64,000 nt of DNA from an uncultured Mycoplasmatota bacterium. Its GTDB lineage: Bacteria; Bacillota_I; Bacilli_A; RF39; UBA660. The DNA lies in NCBI GenBank assembly GCA_946413985.1, contig CAMKMS010000001.1, positions 76,317 to 140,316 on the forward strand. The letters are read 5' to 3'. The notes below the pieces were generated by a model that saw only the letters and a program-made list of their open reading frames with translations, did no database searches and was not told the DNA's origin. Below, one piece after another: positions 45,894 to 55,470 of the stretch; position 1 is the first letter of the stretch, and each line of letters begins with the position of its first letter. The position numbers and the translations under genes were made by a program.

Positions 45894-48050
45894 ATGAAAA
45901 AGAGAATTATTCTTAATGATCAAGGTTTATATGTAGATTGTATTCTTGAAAATGACAGAATCTCTTTTGAGTTTGAAAAAGGATTAGAATCTTTAAATGA
46001 TAAAGTTAAATTATACAAAGATGGAGATATAACATATGCTTTATTGGGTCTTAAAAGATTTATTAGAATACATAAAGATAAAATTAGTAAAGTTATGAAT
46101 ATTACTACTACTGAAATAAGAATACTATGTGCTATTGCTAATAGAATAGATAATTTAACTTTTAATAAAGAAAGTAACAAATCATTAGTTGGTGAATTTT
46201 ATAATATTATTAAGGAATTATATTCACTTCCTAAAGGATGGAATGATGTACAAAAACATCACTCTGAATTACATACTCATTTTACTGAAATATTAAATGC
46301 AGAAGAATTTGTTAATTTTGTTAATAAGTATAATATTACTTATCCTATTAATAAAAATGGAATGCTTGATTTTAATAGTAATACTTTTTTAACTTATGAT
46401 GAAATAGTAAAATTGGGTTATAAAGATAATATAATTAATGCTTTGAGATTAGATATAACAAAGCAATCTTCTTTTGATGATTTAACACATGTTGTTAATA
46501 ATAATAGAAGAGAATTATTAAAAAGAATTGTTAGGAATAACAGTTCTTCAATAATCAAGAATCATGAAAATGAAGAGTACCAAGAGCTAGAAAATAATAT
46601 TAAAGAATTACTTAGTGCATTAGATGAAATTGATTCAAGTAATTTAAGTAAAAAAGAAAAAGATAAAAATAGAAAGAAAATTAATGTTCTTCTAAATAAA
46701 ACAAGAGCAAGAAGAGATAATATTTTAAAAGATATTTTATATGATGATTTATTAGTTAGTTCTATATCTAAATTAAAAAAAGAAAAAATTGAATATACAG
46801 AAATTAGTTTTTCAAATGTTAATAGGCTTAAATATTTAAGTGAAATGCATAAACATGATGATAGTTTTAATATGTTACTTAGTATTAGAAGAGAAGATGA
46901 TATTAGTAGATTTCAAAAATCTAGTGAAGAGTTAGAGAGTTTATTAAGTACTAGTAAAGTAATTGGTGTAGATATAATGGGTCATGAAAATGAACTTGCT
47001 TCTAATGAACTAGAAAATTTTAAAAGTAAAATAATGTGGTTACTTCCAGTACTTCATATACATCCAAATAGTTTACTAAGAATTCATGCTTCTGAATTTA
47101 AGGATACCCAAGATAATATGCTTCAAACTCTTAGAATAATAGATGAAGTATCTATGGAATTAAATGATGCATGTTCAGATCTTTTTGGACGTGAATGGGG
47201 AATAATTCCTCCTCCTAGAATCAGAATAGGTCATGGGGTTAATATTAATAAAAATCGTGAACTAATAAGATTAATAAAAAAATATGACGTTGTTGTTGAA
47301 ATAAATGCTTCTTCAAATTATGCATTAGGTAATATTGATTCAATTGATGAAATACCTCTAGGTTTTTATAAAGAAAATAATATTAAATATGTTATTTCTA
47401 CTGATGGTGGAGGAGTGTATTCAACATCAATACATCAAGAAGAAAATTTGCTTAAAGAAAAAGAAGATGAAGAATCTTCTAAGAAAAATGAACATGAGCA
47501 AATTGATTTAGGTAGAAAAGGTACTGGTCATGTAAATGATAATGATAGAAGTTTATTTGAAAAATTAAAGCCAGTTATAAAAGAAAAAGTTAAACGTAAA
47601 GACTATAATAGTTTTATAGAAGCATTAGACGATGAAGATGCTATAAGAAATGGTAAATCGCCACAAGAATTTGTATTATTTGAAATACAAAATTTATCTA
47701 GTTATATTATGGATTTAGATCCAAATTATGATTCTAATTATTATAGAAAAATGATAGATATAATATTAGATTTAAATAATAATAATTCTGAAACAGCAAA
47801 AATATTTTTATTCTTATTAGAACGTGAATTATTTAGTGAAAGAGAAACTTCTTTTAAAACATTGCATTATTTAAGTAAAATTAGTAATATTGATAGAGAT
47901 AATAAAAATAATTATGATAAAGATATGGAACTTAATATAATTAAAAATAATGAATTGAAATTTTTAGAATTATTTAATATGGTAAAAGAGATATATTCAT
48001 ATAAGAAAAAAGAAATAACAGATTATAATGATGAGGTAAAAAGGAGATAA
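45894..48050 (+). CDS. Large adenosine/AMP-deaminase-fold (amidohydrolase) protein with long insertions and a C-terminal helical extension
   Basis: ADA-family motifs appear in canonical order: SELHTHF (HxH), VIGVDIMGHENE, RIHASEF (compare HAGE), RIRIGHGV, VEINASSNYALG (compare E.CP.SN), VISTDGGG (compare TDDP). SD TAGGAGA. Confidence 0.6.
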   Translation: MKKRIILNDQGLYVDCILENDRISFEFEKGLESLNDKVKLYKDGDITYALLGLKRFIRIHKDKISKVMNITTTEIRILCAIANRIDNLTFNKESNKSLVGEFYNIIKELYSLPKGWNDVQKHHSELHTHFTEILNAEEFVNFVNKYNITYPINKNGMLDFNSNTFLTYDEIVKLGYKDNIINALRLDITKQSSFDDLTHVVNNNRRELLKRIVRNNSSSIIKNHENEEYQELENNIKELLSALDEIDSSNLSKKEKDKNRKKINVLLNKTRARRDNILKDILYDDLLVSSISKLKKEKIEYTEISFSNVNRLKYLSEMHKHDDSFNMLLSIRREDDISRFQKSSEELESLLSTSKVIGVDIMGHENELASNELENFKSKIMWLLPVLHIHPNSLLRIHASEFKDTQDNMLQTLRIIDEVSMELNDACSDLFGREWGIIPPPRIRIGHGVNINKNRELIRLIKKYDVVVEINASSNYALGNIDSIDEIPLGFYKENNIKYVISTDGGGVYSTSIHQEENLLKEKEDEESSKKNEHEQIDLGRKGTGHVNDNDRSLFEKLKPVIKEKVKRKDYNSFIEALDDEDAIRNGKSPQEFVLFEIQNLSSYIMDLDPNYDSNYYRKMIDIILDLNNNNSETAKIFLFLLERELFSERETSFKTLHYLSKISNIDRDNKNNYDKDMELNIIKNNELKFLELFNMVKEIYSYKKKEITDYNDEVKRR

Positions 48051-48053
48051 AAA

Positions 48054-49646
48054 ATGAATAAAAAGAGGATATTTATTATTGGGCATAAGAATCCAGATAC
48101 AGACTCAGTTTGTTCTGCTATTGGGCTTTCTTATTTAAAAAATAAATTAGGATATAATACTATTCCTTGTATTTTAGGTGGTATTAATTCTGAAACTAAA
48201 TATGCACTTGATTATTTTAAATTTAAATTACCTCTTCATTTAAATGATGTTAAATTACAAATAAGAGATGTAAATTATCATAAGAATAATTATATTGATA
48301 AAAATTCTACTTTGAAATATGCACTTGATTACATGAATAAATATTCATTAACTGGTATTCCTGTAGTTGAAGAAAAAAATAAATATTTTGGATTAATAAC
48401 ATTAAAGGAAATAGCAGGAGAAGTAATTAATGGTAATTTTTATAAAATAGATACATCTTATGGAAATATAATTGATATATTAAATGGAAATAAAGTATTA
48501 AAATATGACAAAGAAATAAAGGGGACTTTAATAACAAATAACAATACTAATAACAAGACAAATAATTTGATATTAATAAGTAATAATAATGATATTGTTA
48601 TAAATTCTAAAGTTAAATTAATAATATTTGTATCTAATCAAAATATATCTAACTCATTATTAAATAAATTAAGAAAAAATAAAATTAATGCTATTAGAAC
48701 TTCTTATGATTATTATGAGGTTTCTAAATTATTAACATTATCAAATTATGTAAAAAACTTTGTAATAAATAAAAATGATTCTATTACTTTTAATGAGATA
48801 GATTATTTATCTGATTATTATGATAGAAGCAAACAATATAATCATACAAATTATCCAATTATAAATTCTAAACGTGAATGTAAGGGTGTACTTAGTGTTA
48901 CAGATACAAATAATGTTGAAAGAAAACAGGTAATACTTGTAGATCATAATAATATTTCTCAAAGTGTTGAAGGTCTTGAGGAAGCAGATATTATTGAAGT
49001 ATTTGATCATCACAATATTGGTGATATAGTTACTAAAAAGCCAATAAATTTTAGAAATACTAATTGCGGTTGTACTGCAACTATGATATATGAAATGTAT
49101 AATGAAAATTTAGTAGAAGTACCAAAAAATATAGCAGGTATTCTTGCATCTGCTATTATATCAGATACACTTTTATTAACTAGTCCAACATCTACTTTAA
49201 AAGATAGAGAAGCTCTAGAACGTCTATCAATAATTGCTGGTATTAATTATAAAGATTATGGTATGAAGATGCTAAAGAAAGGTATGAATATTTCTAATTT
49301 ATCTGTTGAACAAATGATGAATAAAGACTTTAAAACATATAAGATAGATGATAAATTAATTGGAATTGCTCAATTATTAATATTAGATTTTAAATCAATT
49401 AAAAATAGAAGTAATGAAATAATAGATTATATTAATACATTATCTAAAAAAGAAGGATTTAAAGTATTAACATTATTTTTAACAGATGTATTTGATAATG
49501 AATCATATTGTTTCTATAATAAGGATGCAGAAGAGATTATAAAAAATTCATTTCATTTAACTAAAATAAATGAAGGAATAAAGTTAAATGGAATACTTTC
49601 AAGGAAGGCACAGATTCTTCCATATATAATGGATATTTTAGATTAA
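48054..49646 (+). CDS. ppaC: Family II (DHH) inorganic pyrophosphatase with a CBS-domain insertion (CBS-PPase)
   Basis: IIGHKNPDTDSVCSAIG, VFDHHNIGD and IISDTLLLTSPTST. CBS-like segment (GIPVVEEKNKYFGLITLKEI) sits between the DHH motifs. The start is 3 nt after the upstream stop, and its SD AAGGAG lies inside the upstream gene. Confidence 0.85.
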   Translation: MNKKRIFIIGHKNPDTDSVCSAIGLSYLKNKLGYNTIPCILGGINSETKYALDYFKFKLPLHLNDVKLQIRDVNYHKNNYIDKNSTLKYALDYMNKYSLTGIPVVEEKNKYFGLITLKEIAGEVINGNFYKIDTSYGNIIDILNGNKVLKYDKEIKGTLITNNNTNNKTNNLILISNNNDIVINSKVKLIIFVSNQNISNSLLNKLRKNKINAIRTSYDYYEVSKLLTLSNYVKNFVINKNDSITFNEIDYLSDYYDRSKQYNHTNYPIINSKRECKGVLSVTDTNNVERKQVILVDHNNISQSVEGLEEADIIEVFDHHNIGDIVTKKPINFRNTNCGCTATMIYEMYNENLVEVPKNIAGILASAIISDTLLLTSPTSTLKDREALERLSIIAGINYKDYGMKMLKKGMNISNLSVEQMMNKDFKTYKIDDKLIGIAQLLILDFKSIKNRSNEIIDYINTLSKKEGFKVLTLFLTDVFDNESYCFYNKDAEEIIKNSFHLTKINEGIKLNGILSRKAQILPYIMDILD

Positions 49647-49662
49647 GGAGAAGAGAAGTATT

Positions 49663-50466
49663 ATGAAAAAAAGTTTTATTATTATTCTTATTGTTATATC
49701 TTTGTTATTTATTAGTGCATGTGATAAAACACCTAGTATGGATAGTTATGAATTTGAAATTAATTCAAAAGTTAAATTTTATGATTTAATGCAAGATACT
49801 GATAAGATAACTGTTCTTGATGGTAGTGAATTAATAGATACAAGTACTTTAGGTGAAAGAAAAGTTGTAATAAAATATTTAGTTAATGACGAACCTAAAT
49901 ATAAAACAGTAAAAGTAAATATTGTTGATACTATATCTCCAGTTATTAGTTACACTAAGAAGTTGACAACAACTAAAGGAAAAAAAGTTAATTTATTAAA
50001 AGATGTTAAAGTGACTGATAATTCAAAAGAAAAGATAAAAGCATCTATTATAGGAGATTACAATTTTAATAAAGTTGGAACTTATAAGTTAAAATATTAT
50101 GCTGTAGATTCAAGTGGTAATAGTACAACTAAAAGCTTTACTTTAGTAGTTAAAAATGTAACTATAAAAACAAGTGGATTTTATGTATATAAAGGAAAAG
50201 ATGCATACGAAGAAATTAAATTTAAAAGTAATAAAAAAGTGGAAGAATGGTATAATTTTTGTCCAGGTACTGGTTGCGGTGCCTATATAGAATATGGTAC
50301 ATATAGTATAAAGGATAATGTTATAACTGTTAAAATGACTTCATATGGTGATGAAACTGGTGGAGGCAAACTAAAAAAAGCTTTTTCATTTAAATGTACT
50401 ATAAAAACAGCTAAAAAAATAGTTTGTGGTAAAGCTACATATAATTGGTACAGTAGCTTGCAATAA
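49663..50466 (+). CDS. Lipoprotein with an Ig-like (DUF5011-like) domain
   Basis: Lipobox LFISAC. VDTISPVISY...YKLKYYAVDSSGNSTTKSFTLVV parallels the domain in the GH25 protein. Confidence 0.65.
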   Translation: MKKSFIIILIVISLLFISACDKTPSMDSYEFEINSKVKFYDLMQDTDKITVLDGSELIDTSTLGERKVVIKYLVNDEPKYKTVKVNIVDTISPVISYTKKLTTTKGKKVNLLKDVKVTDNSKEKIKASIIGDYNFNKVGTYKLKYYAVDSSGNSTTKSFTLVVKNVTIKTSGFYVYKGKDAYEEIKFKSNKKVEEWYNFCPGTGCGAYIEYGTYSIKDNVITVKMTSYGDETGGGKLKKAFSFKCTIKTAKKIVCGKATYNWYSSLQ

Positions 50467-50495
50467 AAAAGTGATTGTAAAATCACTTTTCTTTT
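50465..50495. terminator. Bidirectional terminator between convergent genes
   Basis: Perfect 10-bp stem AAAAGTGATT-gtaa-AATCACTTTT. It overlaps the gmk stop codon. Confidence 0.6.
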
Positions 50496-51145
50496 GTATC
50501 AAAATCCATTAATATTTCATGCATTATTTCTTCTTTGTTACCTACATCTAATTCTTCTATTCTATCAACTCTACATTTTTCACAAGTAATTATAGCATCC
50601 ATTTTAGAAAGAGCTTCATCTAAATTATCATTAACAACAACATAATTATATTTAGAAACTTCATTTATTTCTTTATATGCAGTTTTAAATCTTTCTATTA
50701 CTTGTTCTTTTGTTTCTGTTTTTCTAGCAACAAGTCTATTTTTTAGAATTTGCATAGATGGTGGCATAATAAATATAAATATTGCATCTTTTCTTTTTTC
50801 ATTTACTTTTCTAGCACCTTCTATATCAATTTCTAAAATAACATCAATTCCGTTATTTAATTTTTTATTAACAAAATCTTCTGGAGTTCCATAATATGTA
50901 TCAGCATATACATTAGCATATTCTAAATATTTATTATTTTTAATATTATTTTGGAATTCTTCATTTGTGATAAAGTTATAATCTACTCCATCTTTTTCTT
51001 CCCCTCTTATTTTTCTTGTTGTGTCAGATATAGACATTACTATATTTTTTCTTTTACTTATTAATAATTGGTCTAATGTTGATTTGCCACTTCCACTTGG
51101 ACCACTCACAACAATTAATAATCCTTGATTTTTCGTTTTTATCAT
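50483..51145 (-). CDS. gmk: Guanylate kinase
   Basis: P-loop GPSGSGKST, TTRKIRGEEKDGVDYNFI and YYGT motifs. Confidence 0.85.
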   Translation of the reverse strand: MIKTKNQGLLIVVSGPSGSGKSTLDQLLISKRKNIVMSISDTTRKIRGEEKDGVDYNFITNEEFQNNIKNNKYLEYANVYADTYYGTPEDFVNKKLNNGIDVILEIDIEGARKVNEKRKDAIFIFIMPPSMQILKNRLVARKTETKEQVIERFKTAYKEINEVSKYNYVVVNDNLDEALSKMDAIITCEKCRVDRIEELDVGNKEEIMHEILMDFDTKEK

Positions 51146-51220
51146 ATTTGTACCTCTCTAATAAAATTATACAAGTATAATTATTAAAAATCTATACATA
51201 ATATATATGGGTGAAATAAA

Positions 51221-51658
51221 ATGGATGAAAATGTTGAATTAATGTTGCATATTTCTAAAACAGCAGATATGGGAGTACATAGTACTAAGAGTTTACTTGA
51301 TAATTTAAAAAACAAAGATAATAAAATAAAAGAATTATTGGAAGATCAACTTCAAACGTATGAGTACTATTATAAAGTATCTGAAGAGTATTTAAGTAAA
51401 TTAGATATTGAACCTGAAAAAGAAGGCATGCTAACTAAAATGGGTAGTGAAATGGGTATTATGATGGAAACTATTAAAGATAATAGTGACTCAGCTATTG
51501 CTAGTATGTTAATAGAAGGATTTACTATGGGAAGTGTTGAACTTGAAGGACTTCTTAGTAGATATAAGAAAAAAGCTAATAGAGATGTATTAAAGTTTGT
51601 AAAAGATTTTAAAAAGTTTCATGAAAAATCTATTCAAGATTTAAAGACATTTATTTAA
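51221..51658 (+). CDS. Hypothetical helical protein (145 aa)
   Basis: Open frame predicted to be helical. No motif I can name, and the SD is weak. Confidence 0.4.
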   Translation: MDENVELMLHISKTADMGVHSTKSLLDNLKNKDNKIKELLEDQLQTYEYYYKVSEEYLSKLDIEPEKEGMLTKMGSEMGIMMETIKDNSDSAIASMLIEGFTMGSVELEGLLSRYKKKANRDVLKFVKDFKKFHEKSIQDLKTFI

Positions 51659-51717
51659 TAATTGTCTTTTTTATTTGCATTATGATATAATAATCTTAAC
51701 ATAGAGGTGTGTATGTT

Positions 51718-53079
51718 ATGAAGAGAATGAAGAGGTTTTTATTATTATCGATAATTGTGCTTTTATTGAATGGTTGTGTGAAAAATAATGTGACCATGAG
51801 AATAAATAATGATAAAAGTATGAATTTAGAGGTATCAATATTGGTTAAGGAAGAATATAAAGATACACTTACTGGTAGCTTTAAACCAAGTGATTTAGAG
51901 AATAATGGTTTTAAAGTCTCAACAACTAATAAAGATGATTATAGTGGATACAAAATAACTAAAAGTTTTAAAAATATTGATGAACTATCTAAATCTAATA
52001 ATGAAACTTCAGATATTTCTAATATTTTAGAAAGTAGTTTTGATTATTCTAAATTATTTACAAGAGAATCAGGCTTTTTCAAAGATACATATTCCGCTAA
52101 ATATATATTTTCTTTAGATAAATATCAATATGCATCAAATGAAACTACAGATGCAACAAATGAGATGGAATTGAAATTTGAGGTATCATTACCAAGAGTA
52201 CCAAATGATAATAATGCTACTGAAAAGAGTAGTGATTCTAAATATTTATCATGGAAAATATCTAATACAGCAACTTCAGATATAAGATTTAGCTTTGATA
52301 TATATAATATGAAAAATATAATAATTGTTGCTGGTAGTGGAATTGGATTAATAGTACTTATTGTTGTTATTTTAATTATTAAAAAGAAAAAAAGATCAAA
52401 AGCAGCACTTATATATAAAGAATATGATCCTAGTATTGAAAATAAATTAAATAAAAACGAAATAATAAAAGAAGAACCTGTTACAAATCAAATTGTAGAG
52501 GAGAATAAAATAGTAGAAGTTAGTAATGCAAATGTTCAAAATGTTTCTATAGCTCCAACAGTTACTCCTACTAACGTACAACAACCTGCAAGCGTGCAAA
52601 ATTTACAACCTCAACCACAAGTTGCAGTGCCACAGACTCCTTCTCAAGCAACAGTTTCACCCGCTCCTACTAATTCTGGAGTAATAAATATGGCAAATCC
52701 AAATAATGGAATGCAAACTTTATCATCTTTAGAATTTGAAATTCCAGAGGATGAACTAATTAAAAGACAGCAAGAAGAGAAAAAGGAAGATAAATTCGAA
52801 GTAAAACCAAATACTTTTAATTATAATAGAAGACCAGATTTTGTAAAACATGAAGAACCAAATAAGTTTATTCTTGATAATACAAATGATCTTACTAATG
52901 AACTAGAAAAAACTAAAGCAAAAGTTGAAACTATAAAAACACCTGAAATTATTACACCAGATTATGTAGATGTTGAAATAAAAGAAGCAACTGTAGAACC
53001 ACCAGCAGCTAAACCTATTAGTGCTGAAATAGATGTTCCAAATGCAGTAGCATTAAGTGATATGAAAGAAATTAAATAA
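51718..53079 (+). CDS. Lipoprotein with a C-terminal TM anchor and a Pro/Gln/Val-rich cytoplasmic tail; paralogue of the 62530 gene
   Basis: ATG at 51718 after AGAGGTG. Lipobox LLNGC. TM IIIVAGSGIGLIVLIVVILII followed by KKKKR, then PQ-rich low complexity. Confidence 0.6.
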   Translation: MKRMKRFLLLSIIVLLLNGCVKNNVTMRINNDKSMNLEVSILVKEEYKDTLTGSFKPSDLENNGFKVSTTNKDDYSGYKITKSFKNIDELSKSNNETSDISNILESSFDYSKLFTRESGFFKDTYSAKYIFSLDKYQYASNETTDATNEMELKFEVSLPRVPNDNNATEKSSDSKYLSWKISNTATSDIRFSFDIYNMKNIIIVAGSGIGLIVLIVVILIIKKKKRSKAALIYKEYDPSIENKLNKNEIIKEEPVTNQIVEENKIVEVSNANVQNVSIAPTVTPTNVQQPASVQNLQPQPQVAVPQTPSQATVSPAPTNSGVINMANPNNGMQTLSSLEFEIPEDELIKRQQEEKKEDKFEVKPNTFNYNRRPDFVKHEEPNKFILDNTNDLTNELEKTKAKVETIKTPEIITPDYVDVEIKEATVEPPAAKPISAEIDVPNAVALSDMKEIK

Positions 53080-53109
53080 TTACTTCAATTAGAAGTAATT
53101 ATTTTTTTT
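53078..53109 (+). terminator. Intrinsic terminator
   Basis: AATTACTTC-aatta-GAAGTAATT followed by T8. Confidence 0.65.
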
Positions 53110-53112
53110 ATG

Positions 53113-53121
53113 TGATATAAT
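53113..53121 (+). promoter_or_regulatory. Extended -10 TGATATAAT placed 6 nt before the addB ATG (leaderless geometry)
   Basis: TGATATAAT-acattt-ATG(53128), with no SD. Confidence 0.45.
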
Positions 53122-53127
53122 ACATTT

Positions 53128-55470
53128 ATGGATATAAGTTGTTTTGATAATAAAATTTTGATTATTAAAGATAATGCTAAAGATAGTTTATTAAAATTAA
53201 TAAGTAATAAATTATTTAATATTAAAATAATTACTTTGTCTGAATTAAAGAAGAAGTATTTTTTTGATTATGACAAAGAAACAATATATTATATCTGTAA
53301 TAAATATAATGTTATTCCAGCAATAGCAAGAATCTATCTAGAAAACTTATATTATTTAGATGATATTAAAGATGATAAAGTAAAGTTTCTTTGTGAATTA
53401 AAAAGTGATTTAGAGAGTAATAATTTATTAATTAAGAATGAATTATTTAGAGTCTTTATAGAAAAAAGTGATGTTGTTTTATTTGATTTAAAAAATATAG
53501 ATAAATTCTATAATAGAATATTTGATAATATTAAAAGTATTAGTAGATATGAATTGAAAGAATATAATGATAAGAAAAAACTAGTAGTATGTAATAATAG
53601 AAGTGAAGAAATAGCATATGTAGCTAGTGAGATTTGCTCATTAATTAAGTCTGGAGTAGATATTAATGATATTAAACTTGCTAATGTTAGTAGTGAATAT
53701 GATTACCTTATAAAAACCATTTTTAAAATGTTTAATATAAATATTAATTTAAAAAGTAGTGAATCTATTAAGGGTACTAGAATAGTAAAAGTATTTAAAG
53801 AGAATTATGATAAAGGTATAAATGAATCACTTGATGAAGTAAAAAATATTATAAGAAGTAAAGAAGATAATGAAGTATATAAGCAAATTATAAATATTAT
53901 TAATTCATATAGCTTTATTAGTGATTATTCATTAGTTAAAAATTATATCTTTGATGACATAGATAATACAAAAATAAAAGCTGTTAAATATAAGAATGCA
54001 ATTAGTGTTGTTGATATTGAAAGTGAAATTATTTATGATAATGAATATGTATTTTTGATTAATTATACTGAAAAAAGTCTTCCTCATAATCATAAAGATG
54101 AAGATTATTTGAGTGATAAAACAAAATCACAACTTAATTTAAGTATGTCTTATGAATTAAACAATAATAGTTTAATGAGTTTAATTAGTGCTATTAAAAG
54201 AATAAAAAATATAGTTATTACTTTTCCAAGTCATGATATTAAAGATGAATTATATATATCATCATCTTATAATCCAGATATTTTTGAAAAAGAAAATTCT
54301 AATATAAGTTTTGAACATTCAAATTTATTTAATAAACTTAAATTTGTTAGTATGCTTGATGAAAATAAGAAATATGGAACTGTAAGTGAAGAATTATTGA
54401 CTCTAAATAATCATTATAAAAATTTTAATTATCTTTTATATGATAATAAGTATAAAAGAATCGATCATAGAAAATTATATGATTATTTTGGAAAAGAATT
54501 AACACTTTCATATAGTAGTTTAAATAAGTATAATAGTTGTTCTTTTAGATATTATTTAGACTATGTTTTAAAAATAAACAAATATGAAGATTCTTTTGAT
54601 GCAACTATAGGTAATATTTTTCATGCAGTATTGTCAGAATGTTTTAATGATTCTTTTGATTTTGAAAAGTCATATAATGATAAAATTAATAATTCCAAAT
54701 ATGAATTTAGTAATGCTGATAAGTTCTTTTTAGGAAAATTAAAAGCAGATTTACAATTAATTATTGAAACTATTAAAAATCAATTGAAATACACACAATT
54801 TGATAAATTCATGTATGAAAAAAAGATAAAAATAAAAGTAAATGAAGAATTAAATATTACTTTTGAAGGGTATATTGACAAGTTAATGTATAAAGAATTT
54901 GATGACTATACAGTAGTTGTAATAGTTGATTATAAAACTGGTGATCCAAAACTATCTTTGAATAATATTGTATATGGTCTTGATATGCAACTTCCAATTT
55001 ATGTGTATTTAGTTAAAAATTCAAATATTATTAATAATGTTAAAATAGGCGGATTATATCTTCAAAAAATACTTGGTAAAGCAAAGACTACTGAAGATAA
55101 AATAAAAGATTTAAAATTACTTGGGTATACAAATAGTGATACTAATGTTTTAGAATGCGTTGATTCATCATATAAAGATTCTAAAATTATATATGGTTTA
55201 AAAGTAAAAAATGATGGTGATTTTAATGCAAATAGTAAAATGCTAAGTGATGATAATATCGATTATTTATGTGATTTAGTTAATGATAAAATTAATGAAT
55301 CAAGTAGGAAAATATTAAATGCAGAATTTGATATTAATCCAAAAATGATTAATAAAGAAAATAAAGGATGTATGTATTGTAAATATATTGATATTTGTTA
55401 TATGAAAAATGAAGATATTGTTAATCTACAATCGCCAAGTAAATTATTTGGAGGTGAAGATGATGAATAA
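53128..55470 (+). CDS. addB: AddB/RexB-type helicase-nuclease subunit (compact, Fe-S nuclease domain)
   Basis: C-terminal RecB-family nuclease GYIDKLMY...VIVDYKTGD, with four Cys (CSFRYY ... CMYCKYIDIC) in the AddB Fe-S arrangement. No N-terminal Walker A. Overlaps addA. Confidence 0.75.
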   Translation: MDISCFDNKILIIKDNAKDSLLKLISNKLFNIKIITLSELKKKYFFDYDKETIYYICNKYNVIPAIARIYLENLYYLDDIKDDKVKFLCELKSDLESNNLLIKNELFRVFIEKSDVVLFDLKNIDKFYNRIFDNIKSISRYELKEYNDKKKLVVCNNRSEEIAYVASEICSLIKSGVDINDIKLANVSSEYDYLIKTIFKMFNININLKSSESIKGTRIVKVFKENYDKGINESLDEVKNIIRSKEDNEVYKQIINIINSYSFISDYSLVKNYIFDDIDNTKIKAVKYKNAISVVDIESEIIYDNEYVFLINYTEKSLPHNHKDEDYLSDKTKSQLNLSMSYELNNNSLMSLISAIKRIKNIVITFPSHDIKDELYISSSYNPDIFEKENSNISFEHSNLFNKLKFVSMLDENKKYGTVSEELLTLNNHYKNFNYLLYDNKYKRIDHRKLYDYFGKELTLSYSSLNKYNSCSFRYYLDYVLKINKYEDSFDATIGNIFHAVLSECFNDSFDFEKSYNDKINNSKYEFSNADKFFLGKLKADLQLIIETIKNQLKYTQFDKFMYEKKIKIKVNEELNITFEGYIDKLMYKEFDDYTVVVIVDYKTGDPKLSLNNIVYGLDMQLPIYVYLVKNSNIINNVKIGGLYLQKILGKAKTTEDKIKDLKLLGYTNSDTNVLECVDSSYKDSKIIYGLKVKNDGDFNANSKMLSDDNIDYLCDLVNDKINESSRKILNAEFDINPKMINKENKGCMYCKYIDICYMKNEDIVNLQSPSKLFGGEDDE

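Noticed and set aside
45894-48050. RADAR (RdrA/RdrB) or Cad1-type defence system
   Set aside because: The ADA-fold protein is enlarged like RdrB. However, there is no adjacent large RdrA-like ATPase, no CARF-like N-terminal domain that I can recognise, and no CRISPR-Cas genes. I kept it as a finding about the deaminase itself, not as a called defence system.
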